A stretch of 64,000 bases of DNA from NCBI GenBank assembly GCA_002633005.1, contig NMRA01000889.1, forward strand, positions 1 to 64,000, given 5' to 3'. Of this stretch, positions 24,401 to 35,130 are shown one piece after another; position 1 is the stretch's first letter, and each line of letters starts with the position of its first letter. The DNA comes from Phoronis australis. Lineage: Eukaryota; Animalia; Phoronida. Made by a program: the position numbers and the translations under genes. A model generated the notes under the pieces. It made no database searches and was not told the DNA's origin. It saw nothing but the letters and a program-made list of their open reading frames with translations.

Positions 24401-27400
24401 GTTGATGGTGACGACTTTGACTACTCTGGCGCCTCCTAGTAGTAGTTTTGTTTTGTTTTGCGCCCATAGTTGTATCTCCTAAATCCACTGCAGGATCTTT
24501 CATCAATTTTGTAAGTATATATATGAAGCTAACAACAGACAATGACGACTTTCAGGCGGATCCAATGAACACTGTGCCCCCTAGTGGCAATTTCATTTCA
24601 TTTTATTCTATTCTGTTTTCCTTTGTTTCTCTGAAGCTCCGTGACATATTTCTATGAAATTTGTTGTATAGCTTTCTATTAAAGAAGCAATGACATGTTT
24701 ACGTTTTCGGACGGATTGTTTGTTTTTGCGCCATCTAGTGGCCATTTTTATGACACAAATAAGCAACCCCAAAAGCACACCATTTGCAAGGTATTGGTGG
24801 GCGCATTTCAACGCTCTGCGTTGCTCTTGCATTATTCATTATTCGATTCATAGTTTCATTGTACATAGAATGCTTACATTTCATTAGCTCGTCGTGCTTG
24901 TGTATGTCAAATGTATTATTATTATTGATTGCAATTACTGTAAAATGTCACCAATTTAGGACACGTGAAATTTCATTTTTTCATTTTGAAATGAAAGGTA
25001 TGCACTACCAAATGACATTTTTCCATTTTCAAACTGTGTATCGCAGCTACCGCCAGACAATATTTTGAAAATTTATGGGCATATGCAACAATATAATTAG
25101 AAGTTTTTGAAAAACGAATAAAGGGCAATTTTGGAATTTTCCTTTTCGAAATTGGTGAGATTTTACCATATGTATTAAAACTTAAACCCAACGTATAATG
25201 ATCCGCAGTGCAGCATAAAGCTTGGTCGTCAACCAGGGCCCGTGATTACCAAACTTTGCTCAGACCTTAAATTACTCAGTTTTTTCTCCAAACTGTATTT
25301 CCTTGAGTAATACTCAAAAAAATGGTGTCCACCAAACTTAACTCTAGTCATTTCAAGGCGTACTCAGACTCAAGTTGAGTTGCCGTAGAAGTCTTCTGTG
25401 CTATAAAACGAGGAAAGTAAAATGTCAGCAATTTGAAACCCAGCGCCCTCTACAGCCTATTCAAGGAATTTAGTGTTATGTGGTAAAGTTAGTGTGAAAA
25501 TGTCCATTGTTGTCTGCCAGTTTTTTTGAATAAGTGGAAGAGTGTGTACTTAGTGAATGAGTATTTAGTTACTCACACTGATGGTAATTTCATTAAATAA
25601 CAGTATAACCGCTGCCTACGATAAGGTATCGAATTGTGAACTTAAAGTAATTGGATACCTTTCTTACTGAGGATTGAGTTTCTTGAATTACTTATTAAGT
25701 GTTAATAGTAGACGCATAAAAACTATGTACTTTTAAAATCTTTTTATGATCCCTGAAACTTATTATGTATATGAAAACAATGCCCAGCTTTTCGTTAAAG
25801 GTGATGGCCACCTTTTTTCAAGTCATTTTCAGTAAAAATATGGTTTGTTGATTATCTCAGACATATTTTTCAGTTAATTACAACTTTTTGTAATTTAATT
25901 AATTACTCGTCCTCTACTCTGGAAGTGATGTTTAGGGAGTCAAGAATTACGCGCCAATTTGGTACCGCGTTCAACTTTACTGTGAGGATCTGTACTACTG
26001 TTCTTTTTGTGCTGTTTTTCTAAAATTTTCGTCACCACATCCCATAAGTCGGCCACCCATATCACAATGACAGTAGTGACTTGAGTGACGGAGACATTGT
26101 TCATAGCAGTGGTGACGAGGAATTTTTTCACGGACAGTCAGTGAGTGGGATGTTTGAGCCTGGGTATAATGAGGCAGAGTACGCACAGGCACAGGCATCT
26201 ATTGAGAGAAATGAGGCAGAGACTTAAGACAGATGTGGTGGGACGTCCTGGTGTAAATGCATGGTGTGCACTGTTATGCCTACCTCAATGGAATGCCTAT
26301 GCTGTTCAGAGTTCGACGAGGCCAAGCCAATACTGGAGACTGCATCTACTTTTCATGTGCCTTACTTGACACAGCATCCTAACTTTGGTGCTCATATGAA
26401 TGCTGGTGTGCTAGACACCTTCTTTAGAAGTCACAGAGCTAACTGGAGGAGGTTTCCAAATCCAAGGGGGAGGAAGCCTTATGAATGCCTAGTAAATATA
26501 GCCATTCTGGATATGGTTAAGTGGACCGGGCATCCCACGGATAAAGGAACAACTGTCTCACTTGCCCGAGTGTCACGCGATACACTGCCACTGAATGGTG
26601 ACCTGAGCACCCAAACTGCTTACATCCCGCTGTGTGACTCCCTTGCCACAAACCTGGCACTTTCTAAATAGCTCCAATAAACTTATCAGAGTTTGGCTCA
26701 TTGGTCTGTCCACTGGACGACAAACTGTCCTTCTCACTGGGTGTTGAACTGGGCCTGTATTCACTCTCACTACTCAACATCGCTGCAGGGCTGCTTACAG
26801 GCTCTAGGCTAGAGACAACAGCACACGGTGAGTCACTGCTAGTTCCGGGAATTGCACGTTCTGATGGTATGTTCGGAGGCACGGGTGACACAAGATGAAG
26901 TGCCTCCAGTCGCTGTAGTGACTACAGCTCGCGAGGCTTTTCGCTTCAAAAATGCACTTCTCGGGAATGGCGACGATGCACTGCCGAGAATCAACAGTAA
27001 CGGTATGGCACTCTTCTTGCAGGGACCTTCATCAATTCAGCATACATATCTCTCTCGTAATCCGACAGCAGAAAATGCTTGCCACGCACTCGGTAGCTCT
27101 CCACTTCTTTGTACTTTGCGTGGACGGTGTCATCTTTCGGAAGTGATGTAATGGTACACCCAAAGCGCGTGTGAGACGATAATGAGTACATCCCGGTATG
27201 CAGCAACTGTGTGGCATGTTGACTGACTCGTAAACAAAAGCAAACAACAACCGAACTTATCATAACCGAGGTAGAACAATGCCTGACGTTACAGCTCTCA
27301 CATTCAGACTATATGAAAACAGATTGGTGCGTAATTCTTGACTCCCTAGACGTCACTTCCAGAGTAGGGGACGAGTAATCAATGAAATTACAAAAAGCTA

Positions 27401-30400
27401 TAATTTACTGAAAAATATGCCTGGGATAATCAACGAACCTTATTTTAACAAAAAATGTCATTAAAAAATGTTGCCTTCGCCTTTAACATGACTGCATTGT
27501 TGATAAAAAATTCATAGAAATCACAAAATTTTCCACAGAAACAAATTTTTGTTGGAAACTTGGGAATTCTATTCCTGCATTATATTAATTACAAAAAGCA
27601 TGAGCAGGTATTTCGTAAAGGCGTTTAGCCTGATAACTCGGCTATCAAAAGTATGACTTTGTTTTTTTTTCAAGGAATGCTGATGTCTTCATTTTTGACA
27701 AAGAAGTTCTCAGGCTAAGAAAATCCCAGAGATGTTGATAGAATAAAGAAACGGAATTTCCAAGTTTTGTGGGAAAAATTTGTGTTTGTGGAAAATTCTG
27801 TAGTTTCCATGAAAAAAAGCAAATTTGATTAGAAACGTCTGGATGTTGTTTTCATACTCATAATAAGATGGTGTGATCATCAATATTTTTATGTAGATTT
27901 ATGGTCTACTATCAATACTTTAAGTCATTTGAGAAATTGGATCCTTGGTAATGAAGGTATCCTATATTGTACCTTAAGGCTTCAAATAAATTACTCTGTA
28001 TATTGCGCACTTTTTCAAGTATTCTGCAAATCAGTTTCACTTGGAATGTTCTAACACTTTTCCTGGCTAGTCTGCTTACGATTTTACTATGGAAAAATTA
28101 GTGGTAAGGCTTTCTTGAGTTCTATTCAGAAACAGGAGTAATACTTAAGCTTAGTTTCGGTCCAAGCAGATATAAACCTATCACCCATCACTGAAAACAA
28201 CTTCTGATTCAGACCACTTACCGTTGATTATGAATTTGGTCTCAAATTCGTTAGTCAAATCCGTTAGTCAAATTCGAGATAATTATAGGGCTTAGAAAGA
28301 ACTGACAGTTCGTTATTGCTTGAGGTCTAGCCCTACAAGCATTTTGTGCATCAAACATGGACTCAAGAAATAACTAACTGTCAGTTCTTTGCACGCCCAG
28401 AAATCCCTTCTGATCTGAGTAAGAAACATGTTTGGAGACCAATTTTACAGTCTGTGGTAAATGGTCTAAATCAGGGGTTCGCTACTGAGACGAAATGCAG
28501 GTTTATAGGCGCTTAAAATATGTTTTGGTGGACTCTAAAATGGGAAAAATTACTCTTCCTGATTAAATGTTTTAGTTTTTATGGGTCCACATATTTATAT
28601 GTGGTTGCACATTACCATCATCTCTGTCCGGCGTCTGGCGTCCACAGCTGTATCTCCTAAACCTCTTGGAGGATCTGAATGAGATTTGGCAGATGTGTTC
28701 CTATAAAGCTGATGACGGACGACCAAGAATTTCGGACCTCTCTAACTACCGGTGTGCCCCCTAGTGGCAATTTTATTTTTTTTACGCTTACCTCTGTATC
28801 TTTGGAGATCCTCTACGCATTTTCATAAAATTTGACAGTTAGCCATCTATTAGTGAGATGATGCCATCCTCACATTTTCAGACGGATTTGAGGTACTTTG
28901 CGCCACCTAATGGCCATTTTTACTGTTTTTGAGTCTGTTTTTTGGCGTCCGCCGTTCTATCAACCAAACTGCTGTGGGGATGATTTTGAAAATTCCCCTA
29001 TATGTTCTTATTGTGAAGAGGGCGGTTGACGATGATTTTCTGATGACTTGGACTACTATGGCACCCCCTATTGGCAGTTTTGTTTGTTTTTGCGCCCATG
29101 GCTGTATCTCCTAAACGCTCTAAAGGATCTTGATGAGATTTAGCAGATGTGTTTCTATGAAGCTGACGACGGACGACAACGAATTTCGGACCTCTCCGAC
29201 TACCGGTGTGCCCCCTAGTGGCAATTTTATTTTGTTATGCTTACCTCTGTATTTTCGGAGGTCCTCAACGGATTTTTATGCGCCCACATATTTATGTGTG
29301 GACGCATTATGCCGTCATCTCCGTCCGTCCGTCCATCCGGGCGGCGTCCGTCCGGCGTCCGGTGTCCGCTGCTTTATCTCCAAAACCCTTTGACATACGT
29401 TCATGAAATTTGGCACATATGTTCCATTCATGAATGGGACGGCATGTGTGAACTTTCGGACAGATCCGACTACCGGTGTGCCCCCTAGTGGCAATTTCAG
29501 TTTTTTACGCTTACCTTTGTATCTTGGCAAAAGTCCTGAACGGATTTTCATAAAATTTGGTACGTAGGCACCTATTAGTGAGATGACGATATCCTGCCGT
29601 TTTCAGATGGATTCGACATAGTTTGCGCTTCCTAGTGGCCATTTTTAGTGTTTTCGAGTCTGTTTTTGTGCGTCCACCCCTCTATCAACCAAACCGCTCA
29701 AAGGATGATTGTGAAAATTGGCATGTATATGCTTACTATGTAGAGGACGGTTGACGATGATTTTCCGACAATTTCGACCACTGTGGCGCCTCCTAGTGGC
29801 AGTTTTGTTTTTTGCGCCTATGGCTGTATCTCCTAAACCGTTCGCAGGATCTTTACGAAATTTAATAAGTGTATTTATATTATGTTAACAACAGACGATG
29901 ACGACTTTTGGACGGATCCGCATACCAGTGTGACCCCTAGTGGCAATTTTATTTTTTTACGTTTACCTCTGTATCTTCACAAGTCCTTAATGGATTTTCA
30001 TAAATTTGGTATGTAGGCACCTATTAGTGCGATGACGCTATCCTCCCGTTTTCGGATGGATTCGACCTAGTTTCCGACACCCAGTGGCCATTTTTACTGT
30101 TTTTGAGTCTGTTTTTTGGCGTCCACCCCTCTATCAACCAAACCGCTATAAGTATGATTGTGAAAATTGGCATGTATGTTCTTACTATGAAGAGGACGGT
30201 TGACGCTGAATTTCCCATGACTTTGATTACTNNNNNNNNNNNNNNNNNNNNNNNNNNNNNNNNNNNNNNNNNNNNNNNNNNNNNNNNNNNNNNNNNNNNN
30301 NNNNNNNNNNNNNNNNNNNNNNNNNNNNNNNNNNNNNNNNNNNNNNNNNNNNNNNNNNNNNNNNNNNNNNNNNNNNNNNNNNNNNNNNNNNNNNNNNNNN

Positions 30401-33400
30401 NNNNNNNNNNNNNNNNNNNNNNNNNNNNNNNNNNNNNNNNNNNNNNNNNNNNNNNNNNNNNNNNNNNNNNNNNNNNNNNNNNNNNNNNNNNNNNNNNNNN
30501 NNNNNNNNNNNNNNNNNNNNNNNNNNNNNNNNNNNNNNNNNNNNNNNNNNNNNNNNNNNNNNNNNNNNNNNNNNNNNNNNNNNNNNNNNNNNNNNNNNNN
30601 NNNNNNNNNNNNNNNNNNNNNNNNNNNNNNNNNNNNNNNNNNNNNNNNNNNNNNNNNNNNNNNNNNNNNNNNNNNNNNNNNNNNNNNNNNNNNNNNNNNN
30701 NNNNNNNNNNNNNNNNNNAGACAGCTTTGATGACACATTACAAGTTCTTGGATAGATTCGACATATTTTGCGCCATCTAGTTGCTATTTTTATGTTCCAA
30801 ACAAACACCCCTAGAAGCATACCATTAGCGGTGCATTCGTCCACGCATTTCAGCGCTCCGGGTTGCTCTTGTTGGTGATTTAAGGGACTGAGTAAAGATT
30901 GGTGGTATTGTGCCCATTTTTACAGATTATTATATGATTTACTAATTACCGAGAATTCCCATCAACTGTTCTGCCAAATTTATGCTCATGAACCTATTTT
31001 CAGAAAAATTTTTGAATATAGCTGACCCAGGTTTCTACTTTAGGATTCACAATAGAAAGTTCTCATGATTTGTGGGATTTCACAGAATTAACAACTTGTC
31101 AGGTATCTATTCACGTTTACAGATGGTCATTCAGGTGTTTTAGATGTCTGCTTTTAGTCATTATGTTATTTTTAGGAATTAATATATTTGCAGCTAAGCA
31201 ACTACTCACCTCGATCTATTTTATGATGCATTTTCTGTTTACGAAAGTACGTCCCAACTTACTTTTGAGGTACCAGAAAGGTAAAAAAACGTACAGTTTT
31301 GAAAAATGTGCCGTGTTGCTTACTATCAGACATTCCTGCTAACATACATCCCTTTCTCTATTCTTTGTAGGACCGGCTGATGCACTTTCCCGTTTGGATT
31401 GATCTAAAAGGACAGGACAGTGTACCAGAAACTGTACATCATGTGGTAAATAATACCTTTGGTTTACTCTCGCACTATAATTGCACTTCAACGTGACATT
31501 TAAATCGACAAACTATCGTATTTCAGGAACAAGGAAATATAGCAATGCTATATTACAATAATGACAAAAAATCAATTTTGGAAAACGAAGATAAACAAAT
31601 GGTGATTACGTTTTGGTATTAAATTTTACATCGTAGGCCTACGTTTTTTTCTGATGGATTGTTATTTCTACACAAGTGGCACAGAGGGGAATATAATCGA
31701 TCTCTATAGCAAGGGAATGGCTATGGGGGAATTTGTCCACGCATGCACTTTTAAGGGGAAAATTCGAGGGCAGATATTGAGCACAATGTGGGATTTAACC
31801 TGGATAAATATGATACGGACAATCAAAATATAATTTGTATCTCAGCAATGAAAAACATATTTTTCTCAAGTCAGATGACAATAAAATTTTAATTACAAAA
31901 ACACACTTGGCGTTGCACAAGTTAATTGTTTATAGTCATCCAAATGATTATGAGTCTGTAAGATAAATAAAATGTAATAAGATCAATAAATGTGAAGTGA
32001 TTATCAGTTTTTCACACATTACATGTTATGTTGATAGATGGAATGTTTTGGGCAAAACCTGCACGTTTAAAGTGTGCCATCGTCCCTGTCCATTTGGCGT
32101 CTGGCCGGTGTCCGCTTCTGTATCTCCAAAACCTATGGATGGATGTTCCGGAAATTTTGCAGATGTTTCTATCGTAGATGGGGCAACATGAGCTAATTTT
32201 TGGACGGTTCCGACTGCCAGTGTGCTCATAGTGGCTATTTTATTATTGTTACAATTTCGTAAAATTTGGCAAATAGATATCTATTAGGGAGACGACACCA
32301 CTCCTGTTTTGGGATGGATTTGATGTATTTTGCACCAGTTTTTTTGCCAGTTTTTCTGTTTTGGAGTCCGTTGAAAAATTTTTATGAAATTTAACAAATA
32401 AGTTTTTGTTAAAGAGGCGATGACACATTCCTATATTCAGGACTGGTGTATTTGACGTTATGTACGCCACCTTGTGGTCATTTTCATAATTTTTTGGAGT
32501 TTTTTGCATGCGCCTCTCTATGAGCCGACTGACTCTAAGGATCACTATGAAAATTAGCTTATGTGTATCTTTCGGGAAGTGCAAGGCTGACGATGATTTT
32601 CGGACAGGTCTGACTACTGTGGTGTCTATTAGGGGCAATTTTGTTGTTTATTTATGGAGAGCTCAATATCTATCAAGGTTCTTGATGGATCTTTATGAAA
32701 TTTGCTACTGTGTGTTTTTATTGAGCAGAGTAAATTTTAGGTCAAACCTGACAACTGCGCAGTGCTTTAATAGCTAGTTTGTTCTTTACGTTTATTTTGA
32801 TCTCGATTATAAAGTTTCTTGATGGATGTGCATGAAATTTGGCAAATATCTAAATTAAATGTTGTTATCATGGAGATGACATTGCGAGCTCTGTGTCAGA
32901 TTTGACGTATGTTGTGCCCTATCATGGCTTTTTTATTATTTTTGTGTAAGTTCATTGTTTTCCACCTCCCTATTTTCCAAACTGCGTGAAGAATTATGAT
33001 GTAATATGGCAGGTTTTATCCTATTGAGGAGAGCATTGCTGACTTGCTTTACACCCCATAGAGGCTACTTTAAATTTACTACCGGGAATTTCTGAAAATA
33101 GGCCGTGTGGTGATATTTGGAAAACAACCTTTCGAAAATGTCCAATGAAACCGAATATACACCTGGGTGTATTTTCGGAAACTTTCATTAAAACTGTCAT
33201 TCATGCTGTACTTAAATACGGTTAGTTACCAACAAAGTCACCTTATATCTCGATAAACGATAAGTCATTTGAGAGAAATTGTGATCCTGAAGTGTAATGT
33301 CTTTCCAAAATAACGGTAAATGAAGTTTTATACATCATAACATATTTCATAGTTTATTTTAGAACCATTCTTCAGATTTTCAAAACATGTAAACAGTTAC

Positions 33401-33761
33401 CAAAAATACACCCATGGGCGTACTTTTGGAAAATGTCCGAAAATACGCCCTTATGTGTACTTTTGGATGGACCTGTTTTTGGAAATTTCCTTAAGTAGAA
33501 AAGTTTTAAATAATGGTCATTCCTTGTATTTGCACTTGTGTGGGCTTATATCAATGTTCCATGTTGCTCTTCCATAACTTCTCGCGGTCAAGTCTACATA
33601 GATTGTTTGGTGCCTGAGGACAAGACATGCTCATCCATCTTGCATTTAGGTTGTCACTGTGAACCCTCGGAAGGACACCTCTTGGAAGACTTTGAAACGT
33701 CACTGGGACACAGATGGTGTGCACTACAGCGACGGCATTAACCCAGCTGTTGAGACCAAGG
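9388..33761 (+). CDS. DDX1: ATP-dependent RNA helicase DDX1, multi-exon gene span (3' part not in window or not found)
   Basis: 16 GT-AG exons splice in frame to [56 protein letters not shown]..., SPRY insertion, [42 protein letters not shown]; closely matches the DDX1 sequence as I recall it. Confidence 0.96.
9630..10385. repeat. Diverged direct plus inverted repeat cluster in DDX1 intron 1 (MITE with duplicated arm)
   Basis: 9636-9900 resembles 9925-10170 (direct); 10200-10385 is their reverse complement (shared gactaaaa..cagtcac.ttgttataaata core). Confidence 0.6.
10686..10737 (+). CDS. DDX1: DDX1 exon 2 ([17 protein letters not shown])
   Basis: ttttcag acceptor, AG|gtattg donor; Q-motif region. 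Confidence 0.93.
11100..11570 (+). mobile_element. Old HINE-like relic
   Basis: ttttttacacccacat head, (gtcctg/gtctgg) tract, subunits ending cagtaccctctagtggccattt and cagcaccctcttgtggccattt. Confidence 0.4.
12219..12282 (+). CDS. DDX1: DDX1 exon 3 ([21 protein letters not shown])
   Basis: ttttgtag acceptor, ATG|gtaagt donor. Confidence 0.95.
12965..13097 (+). CDS. DDX1: DDX1 exon 4 ([26 protein letters not shown]..., Walker A)
   Basis: acag acceptor; donor G|gtaagg after 13097 (alternative in-phase G|gtatgg after 13091). Confidence 0.93.
13962..14096 (+). CDS. DDX1: DDX1 exon 5 ([43 protein letters not shown] start)
   Basis: gtgtag acceptor, G|gtaggt donor, in frame with flanking exons. 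Confidence 0.92.
15128..15288 (+). CDS. DDX1: DDX1 exon 6 ([20 protein letters not shown]...[22 protein letters not shown])
   Basis: atcag acceptor, GAG|gtaacg donor. Confidence 0.95.
15426..16674 (+). mobile_element. Helentron-associated non-autonomous element (HINE/DINE-like) with internal tandem array, copy 1
   Basis: T-rich start, 5' hairpin ATGCGCCCACAT..ATGTGGACGCAT, (GTCC)n tract, ~440-bp higher-order repeats, 3' subTIR GTGGGC(A/G)CAT followed by a short hairpin and TTGT. Confidence 0.75.
16777..16849 (+). CDS. DDX1: DDX1 exon 7 ([24 protein letters not shown])
   Basis: tttcag acceptor, G|gtaaga donor. Confidence 0.94.
18242..18372 (+). CDS. DDX1: DDX1 exon 8 ([43 protein letters not shown])
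   Basis: tttgcag acceptor, AAG|gtaaaa donor; lies within ORF 18160..18510. Confidence 0.94.
18637..18753 (+). CDS. DDX1: DDX1 exon 9 (GYTPLSQA...[10 protein letters not shown])
   Basis: ttatag acceptor, GAG|gtaagg donor. Confidence 0.92.
19395..19863. repeat. 21-bp minisatellite (TTTCTGATGATGTCATACTCA)n, ~22 copies
   Basis: Directly visible; produces periodic 7-aa ORFs on both strands. Confidence 0.95.
20027..20050 (+). CDS. DDX1: DDX1 exon 10, 24-nt microexon (PSRELAEQ, helicase motif Ia)
   Basis: Long polypyrimidine tract plus cag; CAG|gtaatc donor; required to connect IIE to TLVQ. Confidence 0.92.
20772..20824 (+). CDS. DDX1: DDX1 exon 11 ([17 protein letters not shown])
   Basis: tttcag acceptor, AG|gtatgt donor. 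Confidence 0.92.
21857..21917 (+). CDS. DDX1: DDX1 exon 12 ([21 protein letters not shown])
   Basis: tttcag acceptor, GGG|gtaggt donor. Confidence 0.93.
22194..22292 (+). CDS. DDX1: DDX1 exon 13 ([33 protein letters not shown])
   Basis: aacag acceptor, GCA|gtaagt donor; the DEAD box is split DEA|D. Confidence 0.95.
22816..22956 (+). CDS. DDX1: DDX1 exon 14 (DGLLSAGY...[23 protein letters not shown])
   Basis: tacag acceptor, GCC|gtaagt donor; SAT motif III. Confidence 0.95.
23066..24829 (+). mobile_element. HINE-like element, copy 2 (longer array)
   Basis: Same termini as copy 1; marker CCCCTCTATCAACCAAA recurs at ~23440, 23880 and 24328. Confidence 0.75.
25795..27486 (-). mobile_element. 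Kolobok-like DNA transposon, internally deleted (THAP-transposase 5' part on minus, Cys-rich second ORF on plus)
   Basis: TTAA at both ends (25795-98, 27483-86), termini AGGTG...CGCCT, ~165-bp imperfect TIRs, frameshifted THAP ([10 protein letters not shown]...HHF...RVRGKHF), convergent WCKCMVC..MPT..ECLCC ORF. Confidence 0.85.
26228..26480 (+). pseudogene. Truncated Cys-rich ORF resembling the P2X7 cytoplasmic ballast / Kolobok KolX domain
   Basis: Reads [29 protein letters not shown]...[19 protein letters not shown]; in-frame stop at 26225-27; fuses to antisense transposase sequence downstream. Confidence 0.7.
28576..30872 (+). mobile_element. Two HINE-like elements, nested or in tandem (second 5' end at ~29273), spanning an assembly gap
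   Basis: Two 5' heads (28576, 29273) and one visible 3' end (~30872); N-run 30232-30718. Confidence 0.7.
30232..30718. other. Assembly gap (N-run)
   Basis: 487 N bases within a tandem-repeat element. Confidence 1.
31371..31445 (+). CDS. DDX1: DDX1 exon 15 ([25 protein letters not shown])
   Basis: tttgtag acceptor, GTG|gtaaat donor. Confidence 0.95.
32066..32960 (+). mobile_element. Highly diverged HINE-like copy
   Basis: Degenerate head (gtccatttggcgtctggccggtgtccg, tatctccaaaacc) and decayed subunits (gactactgtggtgtctattaggggcaatttt). Confidence 0.55.
33084..33490. mobile_element. MITE with GG(G)AATTTC termini and internal TACACC/TACGCC subrepeats
   Basis: gggaatttctgaaaataggcc is the reverse complement of ggacctgtttttggaaatttcc apart from a few mismatches. 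Confidence 0.55.
33650..33761 (+). CDS. DDX1: DDX1 exon 16 ([37 protein letters not shown])
   Basis: tttag acceptor, G|gtgagt donor; last DDX1 exon recognised in the window. Confidence 0.92.
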
Positions 33762-34778
33762 GTGAGTGAGTTGTGCAAACAAAGTTTCTGGCATGCTACG
33801 CTCGTGACATTTTGTCTCATTGGCTGTCTTTTGAGCAATCTGAAAACAAAGGGCTGTTTGCGAAAATCACTCCCACCTGAAATAAGGTAATTTCCTATTG
33901 CTTTGTGAACACGCAGAAACTTTGCCATAGTTTGTGCCATAAACTTTACTTTTTAAGACAGCCTTCATATATGCGGTAAAACATCCAAACATTCTGTCCT
34001 CAGCTCAGATTGTGTTCAATGAGTGTTGTTTATGTTTGACTTATGACTCATACAAATGTTTGTTTTTGTTGTGTTTGACAATTTCCAATGCTAAAAGGAT
34101 GGTGAATGTGGAGAGAAAGACAGATGTATGAGATACGGTCACAGAATTCAGGGGTACTTGTTATGATATTCGTCATATTGTACCCAAGTCTGAATTATTT
34201 AATACAGACCTGTGTACAATACACAAAACATGCGTATTCCTACGGAAGTTCAACCTGCAGTATGCGAGTACGCATTGACTTCAAAACACGCAAATCAAAC
34301 CATTCTATATATAATGTGTGATGGAAGTAATGATGATGAATTAATAGTTCCAATAGAAGAAGAATACTAACTTTGGATTAAAAATTTAACAATAATTATC
34401 TTTGCTTCATAATTTTGAACTGAAAATAACTCAACGTGGCACAGCGTTAAAGTTGGTTATCAGTTGTTTATTTTAACTCTCGAGAATCAGCGAATTAGGA
34501 GGCCTCTTCTATCAATATTCACTGAAATCCCATCGAAAGTATTTGTAACAATGTCTGCGATTGGTGGATTGCTCACCTCATTCAACTTTGGCTATCCTTG
34601 GCAAACACAGTACTTTTATTGTTAAAATGGCAAAGCGCGGGATTGAGATTTTTCTCGAGGAAAAAATAGAGTTTGGAGGTGGTATGACATTATTGGCGAG
34701 ATTGAGGGAAATTTGCATCCAACTTGAGAAATGCTAGTAACCTAAATAAAAGGCAGTCATCTTTCGCTGAGTTGTGGG

Positions 34779-35130
34779 AAACTACGAGTGACTATGGCAT
34801 AGCGCTTTGTCTCTGTGTAACTACGAGTGAGGACGGCATACCACTTTGTCTCTTTGTAACTAAGAGTGAGGATGGCATACCACTTTGTCTCTGTGTAACT
34901 AAGAGTGAGGACAGCATATCACTTTGTCTCTCTAACTAAGAGTGAGGATGGCATACCACTTTGTCTCTGTGTAACTCAGAGTGAGGATAGCATACCACTT
35001 TGTCTCTGTGTAACTCAGAGTGAGGACGCCTTACCACTTTGTCTCTGTATAACTACGAGTGAGGACGGCATACCACTTTGTCTCTGTGTAACTCAGAGTG
35101 AGGACACCTTACCACTTTGTCTCTGTGTAA
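34779..35130. repeat. 39-bp minisatellite, ~9 copies
   Basis: Unit GTAACTCAGAGTGAGGATGGCATACCACTTTGTCTCTGT. Confidence 0.95.

Larger units (their letters stand above)
25642..27977. mobile_element. Older fold-back/MITE element (~650 bp without insert) interrupted by the Kolobok-like element
   Basis: 25650-25794 is a diverged reverse complement of ~27833-27977; 27510-27570 pairs with ~27750-27815; TTAA at both outer ends. Confidence 0.7.

Noticed and set aside
23133-24887. Multiple 65-147 aa ORFs in HINE arrays (also 15390, 16146, 28929-29551, 53737)
   Set aside because: Frames are not conserved between repeat copies and show no Rep/helicase motifs.
30094-30844. Three >200-aa ORFs
   Set aside because: They run through the N gap.
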